Assembly (NCBI GenBank): GCA_963514005.1
Contig: OY740781.1
Location: forward strand, 32,736,001 to 32,800,000
DNA length: 64,000 nucleotides
Source: Raja brachyura
Lineage: Eukaryota
Direction: 5' to 3'
Below are positions 52,754-64,000 of the stretch, piece after piece (within the stretch, counting starts at the first letter, position 1; each line of letters begins with the position of its first letter). Under the pieces are notes generated by a model, which saw only the letters and a program-made list of their open reading frames with translations, made no database searches and had not been told where the DNA came from. The position numbers were made by a program, and so were the translations under genes.

Positions 52754-55497
52754 ACCATATAACATATAACCATATAACAATTACAGCACGGAAACAGGCC
52801 TTCTCGGCCCTTCCGGTCCGTGCCGACCATTTATTTTCCCCTAGTCCCATCTACCTGCACTCAGACCATACCCCTCTATTCCCTTCCCGTCCATATACCT
52901 CTCCACTTTACTTTTAAATGTTAAAAACGATCCTGCCTCCACCACTTCTGCAGGAAGATCATTCCACACAGCCACCACTCTCTGAGTAAAGAAGTTCCCC
53001 CTCATGTTACCCCTAAACTTCTGTCCCTTAATTCTCATGTCATGCCCTCTTGTTTGAATCTTTCCTACCCTCAATGGGAAAAGCTTATCCACATCAACTC
53101 TGTCTATCCCTTTCATCATTTTAAAGACCTCAATCAAGTCCCCCCTTAACCTTCTGCGCTCCAAAGAATAAAGACCTAACTTGTTCAACCTTTCTCTGTA
53201 ACATAGTTGCTGGAACCCAGGCAACATTCTAGTAAATCCCCTCTGTACTCTCTCTATTTTGTTGACATCCTTCCTATAATTAGGCAACCAAAATTGTACA
53301 CTATACTCCAGAATTGGTCTTACCAATGCCTTGTACAATTTTAACATTACTTCCCTACTCCTATATTCAATGCTCTGATTTATAAAGGCTAGCACACGAA
53401 AAGCTTTCTTTACCACCCTATCTACATGCGATTCCACCTTCAGGGAACTATGCACAGTTATTCCTAGATCCCTCTGTTCCACAGCATTTCTCAATTCCCT
53501 ACCATTTACCATGTACGTCCTATTTTGATTTGTCCTGCCAAGATGTAGCACCTCACACTTATCAGCATTAAACTCCATCTGCCATCTTTCAGCCCACTCT
53601 TCCAAATGGCCCAAATCTCTGTAGACTTCGAAAATCAACTTCATTATCCACAGCACCCCCTATCTTAGTATCATCTGCATACTTACTTATCCAATTTTCC
53701 ACCCCATCATCTAGATCATTGATGTACATGACAAACAACAGTGGACCCAACACAGATCCCTGAGGCACCCCACTGGTCACCGGCTTCCAACCTGAGAAAC
53801 AGCCATCCACCATTACTCTCTGGCATCTCCCATTCAGCCACTGTTGAATCCATCTTGCTACTCCGCCATTAACACCCAAAGATTGAACCTTCTTAACCAA
53901 CCTTCCATGGGGAACCTTGTCAAAGGCCTTACTGAAATCCATATAGACAACATCCACTGCTTTACCCTCATCAATTTCCCTAGTAACCTCTTCAAAAAAT
54001 TCAAGAAGGTTTGTCAAACATGACCTTCCAGGCACAAATCCATGTTGATTGTTCTTGATCAGACCCTGTTTATCCAGATGCTTATATATATTATCTCTAA
54101 GTATCCTTTCCATTAATTTGCCCACCACTGACGTCAAACTAATATGTCTATAATTGCTAGGTTTATTCTTTGAACCCTTTTTAAACAATGGAACAACATG
54201 CGCAGTACGCCAATCCTCCGGCACTATTTCCGTTTCTAATGACATTTGAAATATTTCTGTCATAGCCCCTGCTATTTCTACACTAATTTCCCTCAATGTT
54301 GTAGGGAATATCCTGTCTGGACCTGGAGACTTATCCACTTTTATATTTTTCAAAAGTGTCAGTACTTCCTCCTCTTTGAATCTCATAGTTTCCATAACTA
54401 CTCTACTTTTTTCCCTTACCTCACAGAGTTCAATATCCTTCTCCTTGATGAATACCGAAGAAAAGGAATTGTTCAATATCTCCCCCATTTCTTTTGGCTC
54501 TGCAGATAGCTGTCCATTCTGGCTCACTAATGGTCCAATTTTATCCCTCGTTAGCCTTTTGCTATTAATATAGCTGTAGAAATCCTTTGGATTTACTTTC
54601 ACCTTTCTTGCCAAAGCAACCTCATATCTTCTTTTAGCTTTTCTTATTTCTTTCTTAAGATTCTTTTTACATTCCTTATACTCATCTAGCACCTCATTTA
54701 CTCCATGCCTCCTATAAATATTGTAGATATCTCTCTTTTTTCGAACCAAGTGTCCAATTTCCCTTGAAAACCATGGCTCTTTCCGATTTTTACTATTTCC
54801 TTTCAACCGAACAGGGACATAAAGATTCTGTACTCTTACAATTTCCCCTTTTAATGTCCTCCATTTCTCTTCTACATCCTTCCCATAAAACAATATGTCC
54901 CAATTCACTCCTTTTAAATCATTACGCATTCCCTCAAAGTTAGCCTTTCTCCAATCAAAAATTTCTACCCTAGGTCCAGTTCTGACTCTCTCCATAATTA
55001 TATTGAAACTAATGGTATTGTGATCACTGGTCCCGAAGTGCTCACCAACGCATACCTCCATCACCTGACCTGCCTCATTTCCTAACAGGAGGTCCAGCAC
55101 TGCCCCTTCTCTGGTCGATACCTCTATGTATTGCTGCAAAAAACTATCCTGCACACATTTAACAAACTCCAAACCATCCAGCCCATTTACAGAATGTGTT
55201 TCCCAGTCTATTTTTGGAAAATTGAAATCTCCCACAATCACTACCTTGTGCTTACTACTAATATCTGCTATCTCCTTACATATTAGCTCTTCCAATTCTT
55301 GCTCCCCATTTGTTGGTCTATAATACACCCCTAAAAGTGTTGCTACACCGTTCCCACTTCTCAGTTCCACCCAAATAGCCTCCCTAGAGGAGCCCTCTAA
55401 TCTATCCTGCCAAAGCACTGCTGTAATATCTTCTCTGACAAGCAATGCAACCCCTCCACCTCTGGTCCCTCCAATTCTATCACACCTGAAGCAACAA
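52754..55497 (-). mobile_element. Young 5'-truncated CR1 LINE with nearly intact ORF2, nested in Tc1
   Basis: ORFs 53589-55445 (618 aa, VGDFN, TSDH, SKYADDTK) and 52841-53656 (271 aa) are joined by one frameshift. (tatatggt)n tail and TSD AATTA at 52749-52753 and 55498-55502. Confidence 0.95.
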
Positions 55498-55989
55498 AAT
55501 TAGGTGACTTCTGAAGGCAATTGGTTGCACCGGATTTTATTTAGGAGTATCAGAGTAAAGGGGGCTGAATACTTTTGCACGCCACACTTTTCAGTTTTTT
55601 ATTTGTAAAAAAATTTGAAAACTATATATCATTTTCCTTCCACTTCACAATTATGCGCTACTTTGTGTTGGTCTATCACATAAAATCCCAATAAAATACA
55701 TTTACGTTTGTGGTTGTAACGTGACAAAATGTGGAAAAGTTCAAGGGGTATGAAAACTTTTGCAAGCCACTGTACTTTGTTTGCAGATAATGGAAGTGAG
55801 GTTTGGACTTTTCTGGTGATTTATTTCATTTTATTTCGTGACTAAGAGCTAAAACGGTTTTGTTTTGAACACTATCAATCTGTATCATGACAACAACAAC
55901 CACAGAACAAGGGTCTGTTGAGAAGTTGCTGGCTAACCAAACAATCTGAAGTTATAGTCCCCACTACTCCTTACTCTAGTGATTCTTGA

Positions 55990-56762
55990 ACAATCACACT
56001 ATAATGCCTCCACAATCTCTAAAACTACATGGGGTGTAGTCCATCTGACCAGGTGACTTATCCATCTTCAGACCTTACAACATCCCAAGCATCCTCTCCT
56101 TAATTCCACTAACCTCTGCCCATATCTATATGCCAAAGGTTTATCCAGGAGTCTCTTGAATTCCATTATCATATCTGTTTCTTCCACTGCCTGTGGCAGC
56201 GCATTCTAGCCACTCACCACCTTCTGTGTATAAAACATGTCCCGCACATCTCCATTAAACTCCATTAAACTTCGCCCCTTTAACAAACCTATACCCCCTG
56301 GGGAAAGGGTTGTGACTGTCTAATCTATCTATGCTTTTTAATATTTTGCGGAGAAAACAATCGAATTCTGTCGAAGCTCACCCTGGAGCTAATACCCCCT
56401 AATCCATGTATTCCAAAGCACCCACATCCTTCTGTAATGGGATGACCAGAACTGCACGCAATACTTCAAATGCTGCATAACCAGCTGCACCATGACTTCC
56501 TGGTTCTTATATTCAATGCCCTGCACAAGCACACCATATGTGTTCTTTCCCACTCTATCTCCTTGTGTTGCCACTTTCAGGGAGCTATGGACATTTACCC
56601 CAAGATTTCTCTACATCAATGATGTTTAGTCATGCCGTTAGTTGTATGTTTTCCCCTTACACTTGACCCCCACAGTGCAACATCTCACACTTGCTCAGAT
56701 TAACCTCCAGCTGCCATTTCACCACCCATTTATTTCGCTGATCTATATCCCGTCATATCTTC
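55990..56762 (-). mobile_element. Old CR1 fragments
   Basis: ORF 56389-56574 (QGIEYKNQEVM..HLKYCVQFWS) and CR1 3' signature sequence. Confidence 0.75.
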
Positions 56763-56989
56763 TTGTCACTTGTCAGACTTTGTCCCATTCTCATCTCTCT
56801 TCCAGCTTTCTCTCCTTCCCACCACAATCAATCCTTCACTGTCCCTTCATTTTGATTAAAAGTTCTAACACCCTGACATCAGCCTAATGCTTTTGCATGT
56901 ACATATAAATACAGCAGTTCCTGCACATGCACCTTCAAGAGATCACTTCATTACTTTTATTTATCTTTCTCTTTTCTCAACTATATTTA

Positions 56990-57416
56990 CTGCTGAACTT
57001 TACATCGGCGGCGCTGAACTTTACATCGGGAGCTTCCATCCTAGTGGTGGAGCTCCATCCGGCGTGGCCTTGTTGGCTTCGGAAGCCACGGACTCCAGTA
57101 AGAGGCAGCCGTTCCAGGTGTCCCAAGCCACTGAGAGGGTGCTGCCGACGCCGGAGCACCATCACCCGACGAGAACGGCCTGGAACATCGGGCCCCGTAG
57201 CAGCGACTGCGGAGGCCTGAATAGGCCCGACTATGGGTGAACTGGGGATGGGACTGGACTTTGCTGCCCACAGTGGGAACCATTGTGGGGGGATGTTTTT
57301 ATGTCTACTGTTAAATCCTATGATGTTGTGTCTTATCTTTATCTATGTGCTGCATGGCAAGACAAATTTCACTACACCATTTGGTGTACGTGACAATAAA
57401 TGTCCTTTGTCCTTTG
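56990..57416 (+). repeat. GC-rich short retroposon with a Rex1-like 3' tail
   Basis: CpG-rich body ending aatttcactacaccatttggtgtacgtgacaataaatg(tcctttg)n. Confidence 0.5.
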
Positions 57417-59254
57417 TTGTCCTTTGCTTACACCTTTCCAGTTATAATATGGGATAAATATCTCCGGGTCTAAGAGTTTGCAGTTTCAAACTCATTCCAG
57501 CAACACGCTTCAATCTCGCAGGCAAGGCACTCAAGATTTTTTCATCTCTGGTGACTGTCCAACCATCTGCCTATCAACCCACCCACCCCTCATCTTTATC
57601 CACCTATCACTCTCCAGGCATTGTCAAGCCCCTCCTCTCTTACAGTTTTCTTCTCCCCCTCACAATTAGTCTGAAGAAGGGTCCCAACCTGAAATGTCAG
57701 CTAATACGTTCTCCAGTGATGCTGCCTGACTTGCTGAGTTACTCCAGCACTTTGTATCTTTTTTGCATGCCAGCATCTGCAGGTCTTGTTACTTGATGAA
57801 ATCTGTCCTGTCTGCACAGTAAGCTCCAATGCTAAAGCAGATCCTGACGCATGCAAACAAATACCTCTCTTTCAACTGCAATTTTACATGCTTTCTTGAT
57901 ATGGTCACTTGTATAGTGCAAGTTTGACAAAAGAATCCATCCACGGGATGTCTAGCATTAAATCCTATATCTTCAATTTCCTCCCAATTATCTGGGATCC
58001 CACATCTCCCAAAGGTCTGTCCGTCCTGCTTAACACCTGTGTGTGTGTGTGTACAAGACAACTTATTGTCCACTTCACCAAAATGGCAGGCAATCCACTT
58101 GCAGCAAATGAGCCTGCATGCTCTGCCTTCCAAATCGAATAAACAGAAAATGATGGAAAAACCCAGCCAGCCAGACCACAGAAACAGAGTTAATGTTTCA
58201 GATTTTAACTCCTTCATTTAACTCCGTTTCCCTTCCCACAGAACAGTCTGAAGAAGGGTCTCGACCTGAAACTTCACCCATTCCTTCTCTCCAGAGATGC
58301 TGCCTGTCCCGCTGATTTACTCCAGCATTGTGTGTCTATCCCTTCCTGCAGATGCAGCCTGACCTGCTACGTATTTCCAGAATTCTCTGTTTTATTTTTT
58401 GATTTCTAGCATCAGCGTTTTGATTTTGATTTTTTGAAGTGCCTGCAGTATGGTTGTTTTTCTAGTCTTCTTTGCAGAAATGTGTACTCCATTGTGGATG
58501 GGGCAATGATGAACGATCGGGAAAGCTATTGGTTGTCTTTCAATAGATTTTGTGCTCTACAACATTAATCAGACCATATTGTAATAACAACTTGTCTTGT
58601 CCAATAACAACTCCCCTTATCCAACCCGGAATGGTCCAGTACTGAAAGCCAAGAGTGTTCATTCAAAATGACTATCATTATTTGATCCTGCAAGCAGACT
58701 ATATTTAATAGCAAAAAGACAAAAGAAGGCTGGTTCATCAGCAATAGCTACCTGCAATCTGTGTAATTGTCTCTGATATCGTGAAGCTATGCTTCAGTGA
58801 CTATAATTACAGCTATTAGCTGTTGCATTTAGTTGCTGCTTTAGCTCAGGCTAGCTACTGGTGCTGAGACTCTACATTTGTACCAGTTTAAAGCGGCGCT
58901 CGGGAGAATATTTCAGTCTTTTTCAGGCAACAGAAATCATTGACAGTGTTATGAACTCCACAAATTGCAAATGGAGGCACAAGGAACCGCATATGCTGAG
59001 ATTAGTTTATTTAATTCCAGCATCCACAGACTGTTGTGCCTCCTTGATGGGGAACCAGTTGTTTTTCAATACATGTAGACCATTAATACTTCCTGCCATT
59101 GGAAATATTCCAATGTGCAGACACCTTTCATGTTTCAAACCTCAGAATTACATAAGAGTAATAAAAGATCAACTGTCACCCAAATATTCATTCACTTATG
59201 TTTCACGGCACCAACCTTTGTTGAGGGGTGAGTGGTGGGGATAATTCAGTTGTG

Positions 59255-59626
59255 CGACACAGTAGCGCAGTGGTAGAGTTGCTGCTTTGCAGCGTCAGGG
59301 ACCTGGGTTCAATCCTGACCATGGCTGCTTGTCTGTACAGAGTTTATATATTCTCCCGATGACCAGCGTGTGTTTTCCCTGTGATCTCCAATTTCCTCCC
59401 ACACTCCAAAGACGCACAGGTCTGCAAGTTAATTGGCCTGGTATAATTGTAAAGTACCCCTGGTGTGTGCACGGGTTGTGTTCAGCATGATGGTGGAGTT
59501 TAGATCATCTTGTACGTGTAAATACAATGATAATGTCAGTGTGCAGGAATTGAATTGCTGGTCGGCGTGGACTCGGTGGGCCGAAGGGCCTGTTTCCGTG
59601 CTGTATCTCTAAACTAAACTAAACTA
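59255..59626 (+). mobile_element. HE1-like V-SINE with an internal foreign insertion
   Basis: SINE head, ggttcaatcc and a (taaac)n tail. About 70 bp of non-SINE sequence sits at ~59468-59538. Confidence 0.85.
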
Positions 59627-60447
59627 ATGTTGCACAGCAGGAACCTTTGTTGAAGGGTGAGTGATGGAGATTATTCAGCACACAAGGACTGAAGAAATGG
59701 AAGCAGTATTAAGCCATTTGGGTCTTCACGCTTACACAACCACCCATCAAAATCATGGCTGATCCTCTATCTCAACATCATTTATTAGGTAGACTGGGCA
59801 GTAATTAACAAGGTGGCCCATTTACATGTACAGTGACTGATGTTTTGTTCCTTCATGGATAGGATTTTCAATGCACGGATTGTGTTCAGCATGATGGTGG
59901 AGTTTAGTGCGTACATTAATAGAGTCATATTGTACGTGCATATAGTATGATATCAGAAATTGTATCAGATAATTTTTAGGGTTAGGCTGATCTTCTGAAA
60001 AACAAAATTCAGTGAGGTTGAAAGCATCGCTCTGAGAGAGCTGGTGAAAACTCTTGACATTCACCAACTAATGATGAAATTATTAGCTTTCATCTTTAAT
60101 GATGATAGCTAATAATTTGGAGGCCCGTTAGTGCAGTTAGCTTGAGATGATTCAACATTAAAACCCTGCACAAATGCAAAAATATTACTTTGTAAATCAA
60201 CAACAAAGGCGTTTTGAACAAAACCTGAGCTCTGCCTTTCTTCCCACAGATGCAGCGTGACCTGCTGACTATCCCCAGCAGTTTCTGTTTTGAGTAGATG
60301 TTTTACCTCGTTGCTTTCAGTGTAGTTTGCTAAATCATTCCCCTCTCCCCTTCTTTTCCAATGGAACAGATTATATGAAGGGTTACAGGTTAGACCTTTT
60401 CTATGTATGACTCATGATAGTTTGCAAAACTAATGAAATGATGGAAC

Positions 60448-61840
60448 AAAATAGTAAGATTAAATGAGAACTTACCAGTTTGAAATTTGATCGTTATTTT
60501 ATGATTGAGGGATTACGTGAAGAAGGCCGTCCCCACGCATGCGCGTCAATCTTCAAAGCAGCGGTGTGAAGTCACAGAAAAATGTTGAACTAAAATAATA
60601 AGACTGTAGTTGACCAGAAGTTACAGAAAGATCGTTATATTACGAGGGTTGGGAGCGGAGGGGTCGTAATCCCTCAACGTAACTCTTCATAAAATAACAA
60701 TCAAACTTCAAACTGGTAAGTTCTCGTTTAATCTTACTATTTTACTTCAGAGTCACGTGAGTGACTACGTGAAGATTTTGAAGGTCTGTGATTTCATGCC
60801 GAGGAACGTGTTCATGCGTCACAGCTGCATCAATTGACCAGGACGAGTGAGAAATTAATGCATTCAAAACATGACATGTTTAACAATACTAATGCTTTAA
60901 TAACAAGAAAGAAAATAAACAGTGACCCCTCTCGCCTGGGAGAAACTGTGAAACAGAACTTAAAACAGAATCAGCAAAAATCCCGGGTCTGGCGAATGGC
61001 TTATTATAAAACTTCTAGGATTATTAGATGATTTGTTTAATTTACACCCAAATACAGAAAAATTAATAGCCCATATATATAACATAATCTTGGATAAGGA
61101 GAATCCAACAACTGAAACATATCGGCAAGCATGGGAAAAGGAAATTGGTTTATCCATAACAAAAGAAAATTGGGAAGAAAGTTTACAGCAAATACATCGG
61201 TGTTCGTTGAATGCCAGACATACATTGATACAATTCAAAGTATTATACAGATTACACTATTCAAAAACTAAATTAAATAGTATCTTTCACAATCTCTCTT
61301 CAATTTGTGATAAATGTAAGAACTTAGAAGCAAATTTAACACACAGTTTTGCTACATGTCCCAAACTGAATTACTACTGGACAGAAATTTTTAAGGTTTT
61401 TTCTGAGGTTCTAAAAATTAGATTGGATCCAGACCGAAAGTTAATAATACTTGGGATTTTGGATTCAAATTCGGTACTTACAGGAAATCAAAGAAATTTC
61501 TTTGATTACTGTTTGATAATAGGGAAAAAAATCATATTGAAATTTTGGAAGGGAACATTATCCCCCACAATTAAAATGTGGGCAGCAGAGATGTTGGAGA
61601 CGTTACAATTAGAAAGAATCAGATTTGTCCTATTGGACAAATATAATACCTTCGAACAAATATGGTCTCCATATATACAGTATCTAGAGAAGTAGCTGTT
61701 CTTGACGTCACAGCCTGACGGGCACCCAGCGGGATTTGATGAGAATAATTGATTCTTATACTAGGATTAATAGGCATGTCTTCATTGATATTATTATTTG
61801 TAATAGTTTTAGATACAATATATTTTGTTGATTTTCATTG

Positions 61841-61872
<32 letters not shown>

Positions 61873-63615
61873 TTTTCACTTGTTGTTAATCTATAATCTT
61901 TTTTCCTTGCTCTATTTTCTTCTTCTTTTCTATATAATCAAATTATTGTTTAATCACTTTCTTATTGATTTAAAACTATTCTATTCTTTTCTTTATTTCC
62001 AAAAAAATAGAAGATGATAACTGCCAATGGGTTATTTAAAAAATGTGTAATTAAGTTGAGGTGTGTAAAGCTGTTTACATTATTGTAAATAGATTACTTC
62101 TAATAAAATAAAGTTTTAAAAAAATAAATAAATAAAACTTCTGGTACGTCCTCTCATTTGACCATCCCACAGCCGCTAGAATGTGGTCAAGAGGGACGTC
62201 CATATCCTTTGCTGCTGACGTTGATGCAGCCCTGGTGGAATGAGGTTTAAAAATGTCAGTGTCCACTCCTGCACATGCCAGAACCTGTTTAATCCATCTA
62301 GAGATGGTCTGCACCATAACCTTTTTGTGAGGTTTGGTGTAGCTGACAAAGAAGGAGAGTTCCGAGCCTCTCAGGCTCTTAGTGACCTTTATGTATTGGA
62401 TTATGGATGACACTACACACACCGTGGATCTGAGGGGTATGCCATAAAACTCAATTTGAGCCCCTGTACCCCTGGCCTGGTCTGCTTGATGAGGTAACTG
62501 AGTCAGAGCCTCAGCTGGTAACTGCATGGGTCTATCGAAACGACGTCTCTGAAGCTTAAGTGCCTGTTCCTTTGCACGCTATAAGTTTTGGTAGTGCAAA
62601 GGCCCAAATTGAGCAGCTGGGAACGTTGCCACTAATTTCCCAATTATACAAGCCACATGTCTAATAGAATGGTGATTATCAATAATGAGTTTCCTGCAGG
62701 CTTCAATTAACTCTAATTGCTTGCCACGAGGCAGAGTCACTGACATGTGTACTGAGTTAATGGTGAATCCCAAATAGTCAATTATCGTAGATGGCATCAA
62801 TTTAGACTTAACTGGATGGATTAAGAAACCTAGCTTTTCAAAAACGAGTTTTGTAGCTGACACAGATATTTCAGCTAATTCGAAAGTCCTCCCAATGACC
62901 AAAATGTCTTCCAAATATGCCATGACAATATGATTCTGTGCCCTGAGTAACCCCAGGACTGGTTTTAGATATTTTGTGAATAGTCTGGGAGCTGAGGTCA
63001 ATCCATTAGGCAATGCTTTAAACCACCACAACTGATCCATCCAGTTAAACTTCAAAAATCTCCTGTGATTTTCATGAATGGCCACTGAATAGTAAGCATC
63101 TTTGATGCCAATGCTTGCCATATAACATCCTTTGAAAAGCAGTTGTTTAGCAGTGACAAAAGTTTCCATTTTAAAGTGTTTATACAGCACAAAGGTGTTA
63201 AGCTCCGTCAAATCAAGGATAACTCAACATCCTCCATCCTTCTTTTGCCTGGTGAATATGTTGGACACAAACGGATGAGACTCATGACTAGCCCTCTCAA
63301 TTACCCCTTTTTTGAACAAAGAGTCAAGTTCTCTTTGTGAATTCATACACTCCTGTTGTGAAAACACGAAAATACGGCCAGGCGTATGCTGAGTGGATGG
63401 AGGCAAGTCAGAAATAAACTCAATTTGGAAACCTTGAATACTATGCAGTATAAACAGGTTAGATGTTATCCACTGCCATTCAAGTAAGAAAAATTGCAAT
63501 CTCCCTCCAACTTGTAATGTATCAATCGCAGGCTCACTTACCTTAGAAGTTACCGGTGGTAAGGTCTCTGCTTCTACCCTATCAGGAAGCTGGCAATCCA
63601 CCGACAGAGGGGTTC
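60448..63615 (-). mobile_element. DIRS1-type tyrosine-recombinase retrotransposon remnant (RT, YR C-terminus, terminal repeat/ICR)
   Basis: RT pieces 63224-63601 (VGGRLQFF..SNIFTRQKKDG) and 62579-63211 (FKMET, IKDAYY, LPNGLTSAPRLFTK, AYLED). YR motifs KQTRPG, HSTRAASTS and GW..TYQKFY(NKP). Inverted repeat 60448-60517 / 60665-60743. Confidence 0.9.
61017..62131 (+). mobile_element. L1-clade LINE 3' fragment inserted in DIRS
   Basis: ORF 61033-61695 (IQFKVLYRLHY, CDKC...H...C knuckle), AT-rich UTR, aataaa and A-rich tail. TSD ATAAAACTTCT at 61006-61016 and 62132-62142. Confidence 0.9.
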
Positions 63616-63617
63616 AG

Positions 63618-63838
63618 GCACAGTCAACTGGGAGAGTTTGGAGTATAGTAGCTCTGGCACAATGGTGTTGAATGCCGAGCTAAAATCAACAAACAAAATC
63701 CTCGCATAGGTCCCCTGGTGGTCTCCGTGCTAGAGGATGAAGTGCAGGCCCAGGTTGCGTCATCCACAGATCTATTGGCCTGGTATGCAAACTGCAGAGG
63801 GTCCAGCAGGAGGTTTGTGATATTTTTCAGCTTGGCCA
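63618..63838 (-). mobile_element. Rex1/Babar-like RT fragment
   Basis: LDPLQFAYQANRSVDDA and, in another frame, GTYARILFVDFSSAFNTIVP. Confidence 0.8.
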
Positions 63839-64000
63839 GTTGTTGGTTGTTAAGGTAAATGGCCATTGTTTAGGAAGTGCAGTGAAAAGCTTTGTTTTGC
63901 ACGCTATCCAAACAGATTAGATATTTTTCTTGTGTGTGGCGTGCACAACCTAAAGTTGTAGGACAACTTGTTCTATTTGATCTTATTTGATTGTGCACGC

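Larger units (their letters stand above)
51408..55772 (-). mobile_element. Tc1 (DD34E, IR/DR-type) DNA transposon, complete but interrupted by CR1
   Basis: ~215-bp TIRs (ca(a/g)tggcttgcaaaagttttcatacccc) and TA TSD at 51406-07 and 55773-74. Confidence 0.95.
2722..64000 (+). other. Large DCC intron (inferred), continuing past the window end
   Basis: Canonical GTGAGT donor at 2722. By eye I found no exon encoding the expected next peptide (SIKVSWLPPP-like) downstream. Confidence 0.6.

Noticed and set aside
61848-61868. (AT)n tract and other microsatellites as functional elements
   Set aside because: They lie within or at the tails of retroposons and are explained by them.
62075-62527. Intact or domesticated 150-aa tyrosine recombinase
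   Set aside because: Chimeric ORF: the N-terminus comes from the RT frame across a deletion and the C-terminus is L1 A-rich tail read antisense.
2722-64000. Further DCC exons (SIKVSWLPPP... onward)
   Set aside because: A visual scan of the unique segments found no matching frame with splice sites. A tBLASTn search is needed to exclude a diverged exon.

Overview
Repeat-dense vertebrate genomic DNA, most likely from a cartilaginous fish (skate or ray), inferred from HE1-like V-SINEs with CR1/HER1-type tails. The only host coding sequence I can find is a 50-nt + strand exon at 2672-2721 (VPSASPQNVSLEVANSR) that the ORF track misses. It matches the start of the third FNIII domain of the netrin receptor DCC, so the rest of the window is probably one very large DCC intron. 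That intron holds CR1 LINEs (one near full-length with esterase ORF1, one young copy nested in a Tc1 transposon), Rex1/Babar and L1 3' ends, and Penelope-like (GIY-YIG) fragments. It also holds a class I endogenous retrovirus pol remnant with a candidate LTR, a DIRS tyrosine-recombinase element, Harbinger-like MITEs and an unclassified TIR element. Three things stand out. First, well over a dozen dispersed copies of a minimal hammerhead-ribozyme motif (CTGAAGA-A-GGGTCTCGACCC-GAAACGTC) tied to the Penelope terminal repeat, often as palindromic two-strand cassettes. Second, four independent locally templated insertions, one with two template switches. Third, a dense E-box cluster in unique intronic DNA. 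All calls are by eye and repeat boundaries are approximate unless a TSD or TIR is cited.
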